64,000 nt of DNA from an uncultured Candidatus Saccharibacteria bacterium (GTDB lineage Bacteria; Patescibacteriota; SOKK01): assembly GCA_964518965.1 (NCBI GenBank), contig CAZFJP010000015.1, positions 13,314 to 77,313 on the forward strand, written 5' to 3'. Both the position numbers and the translations under genes were made by a program. A model generated the notes under the pieces. That model did not search any database and was not told the DNA's origin. It worked only from the letters and a program-made list of their open reading frames with translations. Shown one piece after another: positions 19,010 through 29,357 of this stretch; positions within the stretch are counted from its first letter, which is position 1; each line of letters opens with the position of its first letter.

Positions 19010-19333
19010 ATGCAACAACGTAAGAACTTTATTCCCATCAATGAGAGTTTTGTTTGTGATAATTGTCATAAACAAGTCCCCAAAGCACAAGGCACTTTTA
19101 GAAACCACTGCCCGTTCTGCTTATATTCAAAGCATGTAGACGATACTCTCCCTGGTGATCGATTAAGTAATTGCGGTGGCCTGATGAAACCAATTAGAAT
19201 CGAGAAAGACACTAAGAGAGAGTGGATGATTGTTCATCAATGTTTAAAATGTCAAAAAATCAGCCGCAACAGAATTGCGACCGATGATGATAAGAAAAAG
19301 TTGGCGAAAATCAACGAATCTTCTTCCGTTTAA
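19010..19333 (+). CDS. RNHCP-domain zinc-ribbon protein
   Basis: 107 aa. Contains the literal FRNHCPFC motif plus CDNCHK and CLKCQK Cys pairs (two CxxC-type pairs). The 3' end overlaps the uvrB 3' end convergently by 23 nt. Confidence 0.65.
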   Translation: MQQRKNFIPINESFVCDNCHKQVPKAQGTFRNHCPFCLYSKHVDDTLPGDRLSNCGGLMKPIRIEKDTKREWMIVHQCLKCQKISRNRIATDDDKKKLAKINESSSV

Positions 19334-21290
19334 GCTCTTCCACCTCATCCCTCAATTCCGCTGCTTTCTCAAACTCCAAATTCTTCGCCGCTAAATCCAT
19401 TCGCTCTTCTAATTCCTGAATAATCCTCTTTAATTCATCTTTGGGGATATCGGTTCGGCTTTCAAAACGATCTAAGCGCTTTTTATAATCCGAATCCATT
19501 CGGTCACTTACTAATTCTTCCCTGATTTCTTTTTGAATTGAACGCGGTGTAATACCGTGTTTTTTATTGTAAGCAATTTGAATCCTGCGACGACGGTTGG
19601 TCTCAAAAATCGCCTCTTTCATCGCCACTGAAATTGTATCCGCATACATAATTACCCTTCCTTCCACATGACGTGCCGCGCGACCGATGGTCTGGATTAG
19701 TGCTTCGCGTGAGCGCAGGAATCCCGTACTATCCGCATCCAAAATTGCAACTAGCGATACCTCCGGTAAATCTAATCCTTCTCGCAAAAGATTAATCCCT
19801 ACCAAAACATCGTATTTACCTAAGCGCAAATCTCGTAGTATCTCAACCCTTTTTAGAGTTTCTACATCCGAATGTAAGTATTGGACCTTGATATTTAATT
19901 CCTTCAAATAATCAGTTAAATCTTCAGCTAATCTCTTTGTTAAAGTAGTAACTAAAACACGTTGACCCTTAGTCACCCGTTTTTTAATTTCAGCGATAAG
20001 ATGTGCAATCTGATTTTTAGTAGGTCTCACTACCACTTCTGGGTCAACAAGACCGGTAGGGCGAACAATTTGTTCTACTACTTGCTTACTGCGCTTCAAT
20101 TCGTAAGGTCTTGGGGTTGCCGAAACAAAAATAGTTTGACCAATGCGTTCGCGAAACTCTTTGAAAGTTAAGGGGCGATTATCCAGTGCTGCCGGAAGGC
20201 GAAAGCCATATTCAATTAAAGTTTTTTTACGCGAACGGTCCCCTTCATACATCCCACCAATTTGGGGAATAGACATGTGCGACTCGTCAATGAACAAAAG
20301 AAAATCATCAGGAAAATAATCAATCAAAGTAAAAGGTGGAACTCCTGGTTTACGCCCATCAAAATAGCGAGAATAGTTTTCAATACCAGTACAATAACCA
20401 GTTTCCCGGATCATCTCTAAATCAAACCTCGTTCTTTGATTTAAGCGTTGTGCTTCAAGTAATTTACCTTGTTTTTTAAACGATTCTACCTGCTTTTTGA
20501 GATCAAGTTCTATTTCTTTTAAAACTTGCTCCACATTTCTCTCACCAACAATGAAGTGGGTTGCTGGATAGATGTTAATTTCATTCAAATCCTGCTTTAA
20601 CTCACCAGTAAGATAGTCCACCTCCTGAATTTTTTCCACTTCTTCCCCCAAAAAACTCACTCGCATCACACTATCACCATAAGCAGGAAAAATTTCCAAG
20701 ATATCTCCCCTTAACCGGAACGTGCCACGATGGAAGTCAATATCATTTCTTTCATACTTCATCCTACTCAACTGCTGTAAAACTTTTCGCAAGGAATAAT
20801 TTTCACCTATCTTCAATTGCAAATGAGATTTTTGATAAATCTCCGGATTGCCTAAGCCATAAATACAAGAAACCGAAGCAACAATTAAAACATCCTTGCG
20901 GGTAAGTAGAGCATGAGTTGCGGCATTGCGTAACCGGTCAATTTCCTCATTAATCGTCGCATCTTTTTCAATATAAGTATCGGTACGTGGAACATATGCC
21001 TCAGGTTGATAATAATCATAGTAACTAACAAAATAGTGTACCGCATTACTAGGAAAAAATTCCTTAAACTCGGCGTAAAGCTGAGCAACCAAGGTTTTAT
21101 TATGAGCAATAACAAGAGTTGGTTTTTGAATCTCTTCCACTATTTTTGCCATCGTAAAAGTTTTTCCCGAACCTGTTACTCCTAACAAGGTTTGATTTCG
21201 GTAACCTTTCTTTACACCCACAACTAATTTTTTAATCGCTTCCGGTTGATCACCGGTAGGTTTAAATTTGGATTTAAGTTTGAATCTCAT
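19311..21290 (-). CDS. uvrB: excinuclease ABC subunit B
   Basis: 659 aa. [12 protein letters not shown] Walker A, DESH box ([10 protein letters not shown]), helicase C motifs, C-terminal UVR coiled-coil ([13 protein letters not shown]). Confidence 0.95.
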   Translation of the reverse strand: MRFKLKSKFKPTGDQPEAIKKLVVGVKKGYRNQTLLGVTGSGKTFTMAKIVEEIQKPTLVIAHNKTLVAQLYAEFKEFFPSNAVHYFVSYYDYYQPEAYVPRTDTYIEKDATINEEIDRLRNAATHALLTRKDVLIVASVSCIYGLGNPEIYQKSHLQLKIGENYSLRKVLQQLSRMKYERNDIDFHRGTFRLRGDILEIFPAYGDSVMRVSFLGEEVEKIQEVDYLTGELKQDLNEINIYPATHFIVGERNVEQVLKEIELDLKKQVESFKKQGKLLEAQRLNQRTRFDLEMIRETGYCTGIENYSRYFDGRKPGVPPFTLIDYFPDDFLLFIDESHMSIPQIGGMYEGDRSRKKTLIEYGFRLPAALDNRPLTFKEFRERIGQTIFVSATPRPYELKRSKQVVEQIVRPTGLVDPEVVVRPTKNQIAHLIAEIKKRVTKGQRVLVTTLTKRLAEDLTDYLKELNIKVQYLHSDVETLKRVEILRDLRLGKYDVLVGINLLREGLDLPEVSLVAILDADSTGFLRSREALIQTIGRAARHVEGRVIMYADTISVAMKEAIFETNRRRRIQIAYNKKHGITPRSIQKEIREELVSDRMDSDYKKRLDRFESRTDIPKDELKRIIQELEERMDLAAKNLEFEKAAELRDEVEELKRKKIR

Positions 21291-21315
21291 AGAAAAATAA
21301 AAAAAAAGCAGAATT

Positions 21316-21370
21316 CTGAAGGCTGAAGCTTGAAAACTGCAAACTTCAGTCTTCCGCCTTCAAACTTCAG
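21316..21370. repeat. GC-richer hairpin repeat (family 2, copy B)
   Basis: ctgaaggctgaag...cttcagtcttccgccttcaaacttcag. It shares the gaaggctgaag, cttccgcc (rc of ggcggaag) and cttcaaacttcag blocks with copy A at 8477-8527 in rearranged orientation. Confidence 0.55.
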
Positions 21371-21431
21371 ACTTAATTTTATTATACCACCTAAACCAAA
21401 ATCTACGTATCGCCTTTTAAACTAGTATTAC

Positions 21432-21459
21432 TTGACCACTACCATTAAAGCTTTATAAT
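21432..21459 (+). promoter_or_regulatory. sigma70-like promoter for 21489 gene
   Basis: TTGACC, 16 nt, TATAAT (cttgaccactaccattaaagctttataatg). Confidence 0.5.
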
Positions 21460-21488
21460 GAACTTGAGAAAATATTTAACTCAAAGTA

Positions 21489-22166
21489 ATGGTTTTAGAA
21501 CGTTTGTGCGGGTCAAAAACGAGAGCAAAATTGTTGAACCTCTTTTTGAAAAACGCAGGGAGAGCGTTTTACGTACGAGAGTTAACAAGAAAAATTAACG
21601 AGGAAATTAACTCCGTACGGCGGGAACTGACCAACTTGCAAGAGTTAGGGCTAATTTCTTCGTTTCAAAAGAAAAATCGTAAGTATTACACAGTAGATAA
21701 AAGTTTTGCTCTTTACAATGAATTGAAGGCACTAATCGATAAAATTGAGGCACCAGCAGAGGATAAAATTATCACCCATATTAAACAAATCGGGGGATTA
21801 AAACTAGTTGCTCTGTGTGGCCGCTTCGTAGATGATACCGAAAGTCCAATCGATCTTTTATTAGTAGGACAGGTCCCCAACAAGAGCCAACTGCACGGTC
21901 TCTTAAAACGTTTTGAGGAAGAGTTGAGAAATGAAGTCAACTACGCTTTAATGGACACAGCTGAGTTTAGTACCCGACGTTCAGTAAAAGATCGCTTTTT
22001 AATGTCAGCTTTTAATGATAATTCAGTGATCCTTTATGATACCCTGAAAGTTAAAAAAAGTCAAGAGGATAAGAAACCTAATATCCAAAGTAAAACCAAG
22101 AAAACCCCTTCCAAAACCATCCCCAAAGAATACAAACCGCAAATTAGAATTGAAGAACAGATATAA
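21489..22166 (+). CDS. winged-helix DNA-binding protein with C-terminal uncharacterised domain
   Basis: 225 aa. The N-terminus TRAKLLNLFLKN...YVRELTRKI...LTNLQELGLIS has an ArsR/MarR-like wHTH pattern. The C-terminal lysine-rich tail is unassigned. Confidence 0.45.
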   Translation: MVLERLCGSKTRAKLLNLFLKNAGRAFYVRELTRKINEEINSVRRELTNLQELGLISSFQKKNRKYYTVDKSFALYNELKALIDKIEAPAEDKIITHIKQIGGLKLVALCGRFVDDTESPIDLLLVGQVPNKSQLHGLLKRFEEELRNEVNYALMDTAEFSTRRSVKDRFLMSAFNDNSVILYDTLKVKKSQEDKKPNIQSKTKKTPSKTIPKEYKPQIRIEEQI

Positions 22167-22204
22167 ATTAGACAAGAGCAACTCACGAAACGCCCGTTCC
22201 CAAA

Positions 22205-22232
22205 TCAAAAACCCTGCAGTGCAGGGTTTTTA
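22205..22232. terminator. bidirectional rho-independent terminator
   Basis: ccctgc agt gcaggg flanked by A-run and T-run. It serves convergent genes. Confidence 0.7.
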
Positions 22233-22266
22233 GTACTTCTTAACTTAAATAAGGAAGAGGGGAGAG

Positions 22267-22542
22267 CTAATATTTAATCTCAAATCCTTCAAAATTAACT
22301 ACCCCCGCAAGGATTTCACTATCCACCTCATCCACTCTTGCTGCCTCTGATCCTTTTTGTGCCCATCTAAGTAATCTAGCCAAAACTGGTTTTTCTCCGG
22401 TTGCCATAATCTCCACCGATCCGTCAGGAATATTTTTAACATACCCAACTAATCCTAGCTTTTGCGCAGTATCTCGTACTCCCTGGCGAAAAAAGACACC
22501 TTGAACTCTACCTTTAACAACTATTTTAATAGTTTGAAGCAT
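22267..22542 (-). CDS. acyP: acylphosphatase
   Basis: 91 aa. VKGRVQGVFFR and GYVKNIPDGSVE signature motifs. Confidence 0.8.
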   Translation of the reverse strand: MLQTIKIVVKGRVQGVFFRQGVRDTAQKLGLVGYVKNIPDGSVEIMATGEKPVLARLLRWAQKGSEAARVDEVDSEILAGVVNFEGFEIKY

Positions 22543-22556
22543 GTTTTAGATTAGAA

Positions 22557-22572
22557 TTGTTCCACGTGGAAC
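22557..22572. promoter_or_regulatory. palindromic operator-like site 1 (GTTCCACGTGGAAC)
   Basis: Perfect 14-bp palindrome, 15-30 bp upstream of the acyP start codon. Confidence 0.45.
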
Positions 22573-22626
22573 CTTGCCATACAGCAAAGCAAGCATTTCA
22601 GATCTGGGAAAAGATAGTGATAGATC

Positions 22627-22640
22627 GTTCTACGTGGAAC
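22627..22640. promoter_or_regulatory. palindromic operator-like site 2 (GTTCTACGTGGAAC)
   Basis: Second copy with one mismatch, 68 bp from site 1, between the hsp20 stop and acyP start. Confidence 0.4.
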
Positions 22641-22900
22641 AATTAGCTACTTTCTGATTTGCTTGTACACTAATAATTTAAAAAATAATCAACTTGGACC
22701 TTGACAAAATAAAAATCTTGTGGTAAAACAAAAAATCCTCAAGAGGAATTTTTGTTGAGTTCACTATCTATATTGCGAAATCACCTATCACACGATAATT
22801 AGAAGAGCGGTATCCCTTCAATAATAAACAGGGGAGAGTGAAATCAACCAAGACTGAAGAATGTAGGTGAATTGAAATGAAAAGATATTCTTATTACTGC

Positions 22901-23362
22901 TTACTGCACCATTTTCACTGGCACAGTCTTGGTTTTCGCCTTTGCCTCTTTAGGAATAACTACGGTCAGAATTCCATTCTTAAATGTTGCCTCGGCATGT
23001 TCGGTATCCGCAGCCACAGGCAACACTACCGACCGTGAGAAAGTACCCCAGTAACATTCCTGATAGTAATAATTTTCTTTCGCGACAGTAGTATCTGATT
23101 TACGTTCACCTTTAATAGTAACAACATCATCAGCAATAGAAACATCAATTTCTTCCGGTTTCACCCCTGCAATTGGTGCTTTGATTACAATATTAGAGGG
23201 AGTTTGATAAACATCTACTGCTAATTGCCCTTCATAATCCGAAAACCAATCCTCTCCCTCCTCTCTGGCAGGAGGATTTTCATCATTACCCAAGAAAAGC
23301 TTATGTTTCTTTTCATCTGAAACCTCTTTGATGCTTTTGGGGGTCTTGTTAATAGCAATCAT
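22901..23362 (-). CDS. Hsp20/alpha-crystallin family small heat-shock protein
   Basis: 153 aa. Alpha-crystallin domain (PIAGVKPEEIDVSI, GTFSRSVVLP, NGILTVVIPK). Confidence 0.85.
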   Translation of the reverse strand: MIAINKTPKSIKEVSDEKKHKLFLGNDENPPAREEGEDWFSDYEGQLAVDVYQTPSNIVIKAPIAGVKPEEIDVSIADDVVTIKGERKSDTTVAKENYYYQECYWGTFSRSVVLPVAADTEHAEATFKNGILTVVIPKEAKAKTKTVPVKMVQ

Positions 23363-23401
23363 GGAATTACTCCTCCTTGTAAAAATAAAAACAATAAAAA
23401 A

Positions 23402-23456
23402 TACTAGTTGTTCCCCCTAGTAGTTTTATTCTACTATAAGCCCCTAAACATGTCAA
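23402..23456 (-). promoter_or_regulatory. hsp20 promoter with downstream inverted repeat
   Basis: On the minus strand: TTGACA (23451-23456), 17 nt, TAGAAT (23428-23433). The 6-bp inverted repeat tactag-N9-ctagta (23402-23422) lies between the -10 and the start codon as a candidate repressor site. Confidence 0.5.
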
Positions 23457-23463
23457 AAGTGTT

Positions 23464-23874
23464 TTACCTTATTTTTAGATTGAGCGCTTTGTTCATTAAC
23501 TGATCGGCTTCTCTATTTCCAGAACGATTGACATGGGTAAACTCCACCCGACCAATTTTTCGAGTCAAAAACAATACTTCTGCAAAAAGTTTTTTCAAGT
23601 TTTGATCCTTAACCCGATAGCTACCTTTTAGTTGACGAACAATTAATTCGCTATCTAAAAAGCATTTTAAGTAATCTGGCTTCATTTGTAACACTTGATT
23701 TAACCCTGCAATTAATCCTTTGTACTCGGCTTGATTGTTTGTCAAATTACCACCAAGATACCTTCCTTCGCGCTTTAAAACATTTCCTTTATCATCTTTA
23801 ATCACAAAACCAAATCCCGCGGGACCAGGATTACCGCGTGCACCACCGTCAGTGTAAAGTTTGAGAATTTTCAT
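23464..23874 (-). CDS. rnhA: ribonuclease H (RNase HI-like)
   Basis: ORF track 23464..23970. Start re-chosen at MKILKLYTDGGARGNPGPAG (23874) because the upstream 32 codons run through repeat element D. DxE...D RNase H motifs are present. Confidence 0.75.
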   Translation of the reverse strand: MKILKLYTDGGARGNPGPAGFGFVIKDDKGNVLKREGRYLGGNLTNNQAEYKGLIAGLNQVLQMKPDYLKCFLDSELIVRQLKGSYRVKDQNLKKLFAEVLFLTRKIGRVEFTHVNRSGNREADQLMNKALNLKIR

Positions 23875-23876
23875 AG

Positions 23877-23947
23877 AAGATATGAGATATGAGATGCTAG
23901 ATACTAAATTTACAGCTAACATCTGCAATCTTACATCTCGCATTATA
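23877..23947. repeat. heptad-iteron palindrome (family 3, copy D)
   Basis: Tandem heptads agatatg agatatg agatgct agatact, a spacer, then inverted taacatctgcaatcttacatctcgcat. Related to copy C. It sits in the divergent region between rnhA and the 24026 gene. Confidence 0.6.
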
Positions 23948-24025
23948 ACACAGGTTATTACCACTATCACTAAAAAAATGTGTTACAATGGTTACAAGTT
24001 ATTTTTTAATCACAAGGAGTGTTTC

Positions 24026-24625
24026 ATGTCCGAAACACCAAAACTGACATCTCCCCAAACACTCAAAGTACTTGCTCAAAAGAGCAATACCACTTTAATC
24101 GCCATCCTCGTAATTATCGGCGTTCTTTTAATCGGCGGCATTGGCAGTTGTTTAGTAATCCGTAGTTGTCCTAACCAAGTAACTACTAAAGGAATAGAAA
24201 ACGCTCTCGAAAAAACAACTAGCACTGATATCAATACTGAAGAAGAAAAAGTTTCCGTGAAAAATGAAAAGAGAAGTTTAGAGATCGACAGTAAAAAATT
24301 ACCGGAAGGGTTCGCCAACCAAATTCCTGTTTACACCAGTACTTCTGTGGAAAGCAGTTCTAAATATGAAGACAATGAAAAAGGAATCACTTATGTTGTC
24401 AAACAAACAACAAACGACAGTTATAATACCGTAAGAGCATTTTTCAAAAGCAATTTACCCTCCCACGGTTGGCCAATCATCAGTGAAGTTGAATCCACTG
24501 CTGGCGGCAACAAAACAATCACTTTTACCTTTAACACTAGCAGGGATCCTGGCGAGGGGTGGATTGTTATTACCCAAGAAGATGACAAAGTAACTATCGG
24601 TTACTCTGTTACCATCAAAAAATAA
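24026..24625 (+). CDS. membrane-anchored hypothetical protein
   Basis: ORF track 23861..24625. Start moved to ATG 24026 (MSETPKLTSP), which has SD aaggag 7 nt upstream. One TM helix (LIAILVIIGVLLIGGIG), then a Ser/Thr-rich extracellular region. Confidence 0.45.
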   Translation: MSETPKLTSPQTLKVLAQKSNTTLIAILVIIGVLLIGGIGSCLVIRSCPNQVTTKGIENALEKTTSTDINTEEEKVSVKNEKRSLEIDSKKLPEGFANQIPVYTSTSVESSSKYEDNEKGITYVVKQTTNDSYNTVRAFFKSNLPSHGWPIISEVESTAGGNKTITFTFNTSRDPGEGWIVITQEDDKVTIGYSVTIKK

Positions 24626-24776
24626 TTTTCAATTAGTTTTAAAACAGACAAGATTAAAATCCGGTCCGTTTTTCTACCTGCCAAAGAAAATTTCTTTTCT
24701 CATCTCATTGACAAAGCTAATCAGCAAGGTAAAGATTTTCTTCCAGCAGACACTTCTGTTCTATACTTAGTTAACT

Positions 24777-24785
24777 TGTGGATAA
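24777..24785. promoter_or_regulatory. perfect DnaA box (TGTGGATAA) upstream of dnaA
   Basis: cttgtggataact. A 2-mismatch box cctatcaaca is at 24829-24838. The region 24630-24960 is AT-rich non-coding. Confidence 0.5.
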
Positions 24786-24959
24786 CTAAAAACAATTTTA
24801 ATAAAACGAGCACTTGAAAATTAGATAACCTATCAACAAGGACTTACGACTTATTCACTTGCTACTAACACCCTCCCTCTGTTAGTATCAAGGTGTAATT
24901 TTCTAAAGAGGGACTACTTTCCAAGAGGAAAGTTTTTATTAACTCTACTTAAACCAAGT

Positions 24960-26336
24960 ATGGTAAAAGATCGTGAAAAATTATGGAAAGCAGTCTTGGG
25001 AGAACTGGAAGTAACTTTAAGCAAAGCTAATTTTACTACTTGGTTCCGTGATACTTTTATCGCCGATAAAACAGATGGCAAACTTACGATCGGGGTACCT
25101 AATGCCTTTACCCGCGAATGGCTAAAAAACAAGTACCACCCACAAATTCTGGAAGCACTGAAAAATATTACCAAGGAAGAAGTGAAAGAAGTTGTCTACG
25201 AAGTGGCAAATCTCAAAACAATAACACCTAAGACTGAGACTGGTACTAAGAAACCATTCACTCTCAAAAAATCAACTACCATTGTAAGAACTCACTTTTC
25301 ATCCTTAGAAGGTTTTAGCCTCAACCCACGTTATACTTTTGAGACATTTGTAGTAGGAAACAACAACCGTCTTGCTCATGCTGCCTGTCTGGCAGTCAGC
25401 AAAACCCCGGGGGAAATTTACAACCCTCTTTTCATTTATGGTGGAGTAGGACTAGGTAAGACTCATTTACTACAGGCAATTGGCAATGAGATTTGCAAAA
25501 AACATCCTCACAAAACGGTCGTTTATACTACCTCCGAAAAATTCACTAATGAGATGATTAATGCGATTCGCGATAAGAATATGAGTAAATTTAAGGATCG
25601 CTATCGCAAAACCGATATTCTCATTATTGATGATATTCAGTTCCTCGCAGGCAAGGAGAGTACTCAAGAGGAATTTTTTCACACTTTCAACACTCTTTAC
25701 GAAGCCAATAAACAAATTGTGGTCTCAAGCGACCGCCCACCTAAAGCTATTCCTACCTTAGAAGATCGCCTTCGCTCTCGCTTTGAAGGTGGTATGATTG
25801 CTGATATCCAATCACCGGATTTTGAAATGAGAATGGCAATTTTGGAAGAAAAGTGTCAGGAAAAACACTTTGATGTACCTCACGAAGTATTAGAATATAT
25901 TGCCAAGAGTATTCAACAAAATATTCGCGAACTGGAGGGTGCTTTAACAAGAGTAATGGCTTATTGCGAGCTTAACAATACCAAACCTACCATTGAATCT
26001 ACCGCAAACATTCTCGGCAATATCTTAACTAACCCCAAACACCGTCATATTACTGCAAAACAGATTTTAAATACTGTGTCTTCATTCTACAATATCAGTA
26101 CTAAGGATTTAATTGGACAATCTCGTAAGAGAGAGTTAGCTTTCCCGAGACAAATCGCAATGTATCTGATGCGTGAAGAAATTCGTATGTCCTATCCACA
26201 AATTGGTAAAGAGTTGGGAAATCGTGATCACACAACAGTGATTCATGCTTGTGTTAAAATTAATCAAGAGATTACTGAGAATGAGAATCTTAACCATGAG
26301 ATTAACTTAATTAAAGAACGATTATATATGCCCTAG
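24960..26336 (+). CDS. dnaA: chromosomal replication initiator protein DnaA
   Basis: 458 aa. AAA+ GGVGLGKTHLLQAIGNE, DDIQFL box VII region, C-terminal DNA-binding helix (RQIAMYLMRE). Confidence 0.95.
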   Translation: MVKDREKLWKAVLGELEVTLSKANFTTWFRDTFIADKTDGKLTIGVPNAFTREWLKNKYHPQILEALKNITKEEVKEVVYEVANLKTITPKTETGTKKPFTLKKSTTIVRTHFSSLEGFSLNPRYTFETFVVGNNNRLAHAACLAVSKTPGEIYNPLFIYGGVGLGKTHLLQAIGNEICKKHPHKTVVYTTSEKFTNEMINAIRDKNMSKFKDRYRKTDILIIDDIQFLAGKESTQEEFFHTFNTLYEANKQIVVSSDRPPKAIPTLEDRLRSRFEGGMIADIQSPDFEMRMAILEEKCQEKHFDVPHEVLEYIAKSIQQNIRELEGALTRVMAYCELNNTKPTIESTANILGNILTNPKHRHITAKQILNTVSSFYNISTKDLIGQSRKRELAFPRQIAMYLMREEIRMSYPQIGKELGNRDHTTVIHACVKINQEITENENLNHEINLIKERLYMP

Positions 26337-26655
26337 CGACAGAACAGCAATTGCTTTTCTGTACAGTTGTGAATAATTAGAACAATAAAGGGGAAAAGTT
26401 GGGAAAAAATAGTTAGTTACCTAAGAATAATAGTTGATAAAACTATTAATTATCAACTCTTGTAAAATTCTTTTCACCACTTTTGATTACTTCTCACTTT
26501 TCATCCCCAACTTAAATCACATACTAAATCACAAACTATCCCCCTACTTTTTCTTGTATCAACAACTAAAATACTACCTATCCCCATTTTTTATTCTTAA
26601 CTATTATCACTATTCACTAATTTAATATATCTAAATCTAACTAGGAGACATTAAT

Positions 26656-27762
26656 ATGAAACTTTCCTGTTTGCAAGAAAACCTAAAAAGAGGATTAAAT
26701 ACTGTAGGAAAAGTAGTTGGTACTCAAGCCGATTTGCCTATTCTTGCTAATATTTTACTCAAAACTGACAATGGTAGGTTAAAGTTATCAACTACTAATC
26801 TAGAAATCGGTGTAAATTTTTGGGTAGGGGCAAAAATTGAAAAAGAAGGAGAAATTACCATTCCTGCTAAAGTCCTTGTTGATTACATCAACTCTCTTTC
26901 TAATAAGAAAGTTAATTTAGTTGTTGAGAAAAATATTTTAAAACTGACTTGCGAAGGGAATAGAGCAAGTATTAATGGCATCTCTGCAGATGAGTTCCCT
27001 CTCATTCCGGAAGTCAAATCGGATATTTCCTTCAAATTAAAAACAGAGATAATTAAGGAGATAATTCCTCAGGTGGTAGTTGCTGCTGCTCTTGATGAAT
27101 CTCGTCCAGTTTTAACTGGTGTTTATCTTAAAGTTTCTGATGATCAGTTAAAATTAGCTGCCACCGATAGTTACCGTTTGGCTGAAAGAACAACTACTCT
27201 AGTTAGTAAAGTGAAAAGTGAAGCAGTTGTGGTAATCCCAGCGTCTACATTAAAAGAATTACATCGGATCGTCTTATCGGATTCTCAAATTCAGGAAGTA
27301 GACTGTTTAATTAATAAAGATCAAATAATGTTTGAGTTTAGTGAAGGTAATCTAGTTTCTCGCTTGATTGAGGGTAAATTTCCTAGCTATGAACAGATTA
27401 TTCCTACTACTAGTAAAACCAGAGCGAAAGTAAAAATCGCTGACTTTCTTAAAGCGATCAAAACCAGTGCTGTTTTTAGTCGTGATACTGCTAATAATAT
27501 TAATTTAACCGTTAAGAAAAACGGCCAAATTGAAATTAGAACCGTCGCAGTACAAGTAGGAGAAAGTAATTCGGTAGTGAAAGCAGAGGTAATGGGTGAG
27601 GGGGGAGAAATTTCCTTCAATGCGAAATATTTACTGGATGGATTAAATAATATTCCTGGCGATGAAGTACTGCTAGAAATCAATGACAAGTTGAATCCAG
27701 GACTTTTGAGACCAGTGGCAGATAAAAAGTACTTCTATATTATTATGCCACTACGTAGCTAG
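26656..27762 (+). CDS. dnaN: DNA polymerase III beta sliding clamp
   Basis: 368 aa. MKLSCLQENL start typical of DnaN, three-domain clamp length, follows dnaA. Confidence 0.9.
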   Translation: MKLSCLQENLKRGLNTVGKVVGTQADLPILANILLKTDNGRLKLSTTNLEIGVNFWVGAKIEKEGEITIPAKVLVDYINSLSNKKVNLVVEKNILKLTCEGNRASINGISADEFPLIPEVKSDISFKLKTEIIKEIIPQVVVAAALDESRPVLTGVYLKVSDDQLKLAATDSYRLAERTTTLVSKVKSEAVVVIPASTLKELHRIVLSDSQIQEVDCLINKDQIMFEFSEGNLVSRLIEGKFPSYEQIIPTTSKTRAKVKIADFLKAIKTSAVFSRDTANNINLTVKKNGQIEIRTVAVQVGESNSVVKAEVMGEGGEISFNAKYLLDGLNNIPGDEVLLEINDKLNPGLLRPVADKKYFYIIMPLRS

Positions 27763-27908
27763 ACAATGAGGTTTGAATTAGAGTAGACGTCTACTGGCAA
27801 TCGAGTTAAACAACAGTCTGTCAACTACTCCCAACTGCGTATTATGCTGTTTGTGTTATTTCTATCAGTGCAATGTTTTAACTTTCAATTGATTTTAGTA
27901 AACTTAGT

Positions 27909-29006
27909 ATGTATCTAACGACTCTCCAACTGAATAATTTTCGCAATTTCAAGGAGGGTCGTTTTAATTTTAAACAAGGTCTAAACTTCATTGTCGCTCC
28001 TAATACTTATGGCAAGACCAATATCTTGGAGGCAATTTATTTTTTGGTAATTTTTCAGTCCTTTCGTAATAACGAGTTGAGATCTTTGATTCGTGAAAAT
28101 TTAGAAATAACTGAGTGGGAAGTGAGGTTTAAAAAAGAAAGCGATGATAAAGATCAAAAACTTTGGGCAGTTTTAGATTTTAGCAATGGCAAAGTAGTTC
28201 ACAAGGCGTTTAAATTAAATGGGGTAAAAAAACAACCCTATCAGATTATGGGGGAATTCCAAGCAGTATTATTTACTCCCCAAGACCTAAATCTTGTTTG
28301 TGATCAACCTAGTTCTCGCCGTCATTTTATTGATACTTTAATTTCACGAATTAACCCTCTTTACTATCGTAATTTACTAAATTATAAACGAGTTGTTCGA
28401 GCGCGTAATCGTTTACTCTATTTAATCCAAATCGGTAAGGCGGAGATGAAAGAACTGGATTTTTGGAATAAGCAATTTTTAAGTTTAGCAGAGTTTTTAG
28501 TTCGAGAGAGAGTTTTAGTGTTAAGAAAGATTAATCAGCAATTAAAAGAAATCTACCCACGGATTACTGATACCAAAGATTTATTGAGGATTGATTACCA
28601 AACTAGCTTCACGTATCAAAATGATCTTAAAAATTCGTTAACTTTAAAACTTAATGAAGTACGGAATGAGGAAATTGATTCCGCACAGACTGTTTTTGGC
28701 CCTCATCGTGATGATTTAGTATTTAAATTGGATGATAAAAAATTGGCGCTTTATGGTTCCCGCGGGGAACAACGCTCTGCAATCCTTTCCTTGAAAATTA
28801 CGGAATTAAATTTAATTAAGAAGAAACTTGGCGAATCACCTGTTCTGCTTTTAGACGATGTCCTGTCGGAACTAGATCACAAGAGACAAACGGCACTCTT
28901 AGGAGTATTGGATAATCTGCAGGTGATTATTACCACTACCGAAACTGGTCATCTCAAACGGTTCAATCATGCCAGTCAGGTGAATTTAATTAAATTAAGA
29001 AAATGA
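27909..29006 (+). CDS. recF: DNA replication and repair protein RecF
   Basis: 365 aa. N-terminal L.L.NFRN motif (LTTLQLNNFRNF), Walker-A-like APNTYGKTN, SMC-like signature and LLLDDVLSELD Walker B. Confidence 0.85.
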   Translation: MYLTTLQLNNFRNFKEGRFNFKQGLNFIVAPNTYGKTNILEAIYFLVIFQSFRNNELRSLIRENLEITEWEVRFKKESDDKDQKLWAVLDFSNGKVVHKAFKLNGVKKQPYQIMGEFQAVLFTPQDLNLVCDQPSSRRHFIDTLISRINPLYYRNLLNYKRVVRARNRLLYLIQIGKAEMKELDFWNKQFLSLAEFLVRERVLVLRKINQQLKEIYPRITDTKDLLRIDYQTSFTYQNDLKNSLTLKLNEVRNEEIDSAQTVFGPHRDDLVFKLDDKKLALYGSRGEQRSAILSLKITELNLIKKKLGESPVLLLDDVLSELDHKRQTALLGVLDNLQVIITTTETGHLKRFNHASQVNLIKLRK

Positions 29007-29299
29007 GCTTTACTCCTATTCGTGATGTTCTTCCTAAAGTATTAAATCAAAAAGGTCTCAAACAGGCAGCCGAGGCTGCTTTGATTTGTGAAAAATGGAA
29101 TAAAGTACTAAAAGAGATCTTCAAAGATAAATTTTGTGATCAGATAAAAGTGATTAGTTTTAAAAACGGGGAATTAAAGGTGGCAGTATTAAATCCCAGT
29201 GTTGGTCAGGAACTCCAATTACATTCCTCTGATCTAATTAAGGATTTAAATAATCTTCTTTCTAGCAACATAGTAAAAAGAGTAAGAATTGTTTTTTGA
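29003..29299 (+). CDS. DUF721-like small protein commonly following recF
   Basis: 98 aa. 4-nt overlap with recF. Size, position and the K.V.F.NG.L.V motif match DUF721. Confidence 0.55.
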   Translation: MSFTPIRDVLPKVLNQKGLKQAAEAALICEKWNKVLKEIFKDKFCDQIKVISFKNGELKVAVLNPSVGQELQLHSSDLIKDLNNLLSSNIVKRVRIVF

Positions 29300-29357
29300 C
29301 TAAGTAAAAAAGATCTGTTAAGGTCTTTCCTTATGATACAATATAAGTGAGGTCATC

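Noticed and set aside
26190-26201. DnaA-box-like CTATCCACA
   Set aside because: Lies inside the dnaA coding sequence with one mismatch. Not counted as an origin box.
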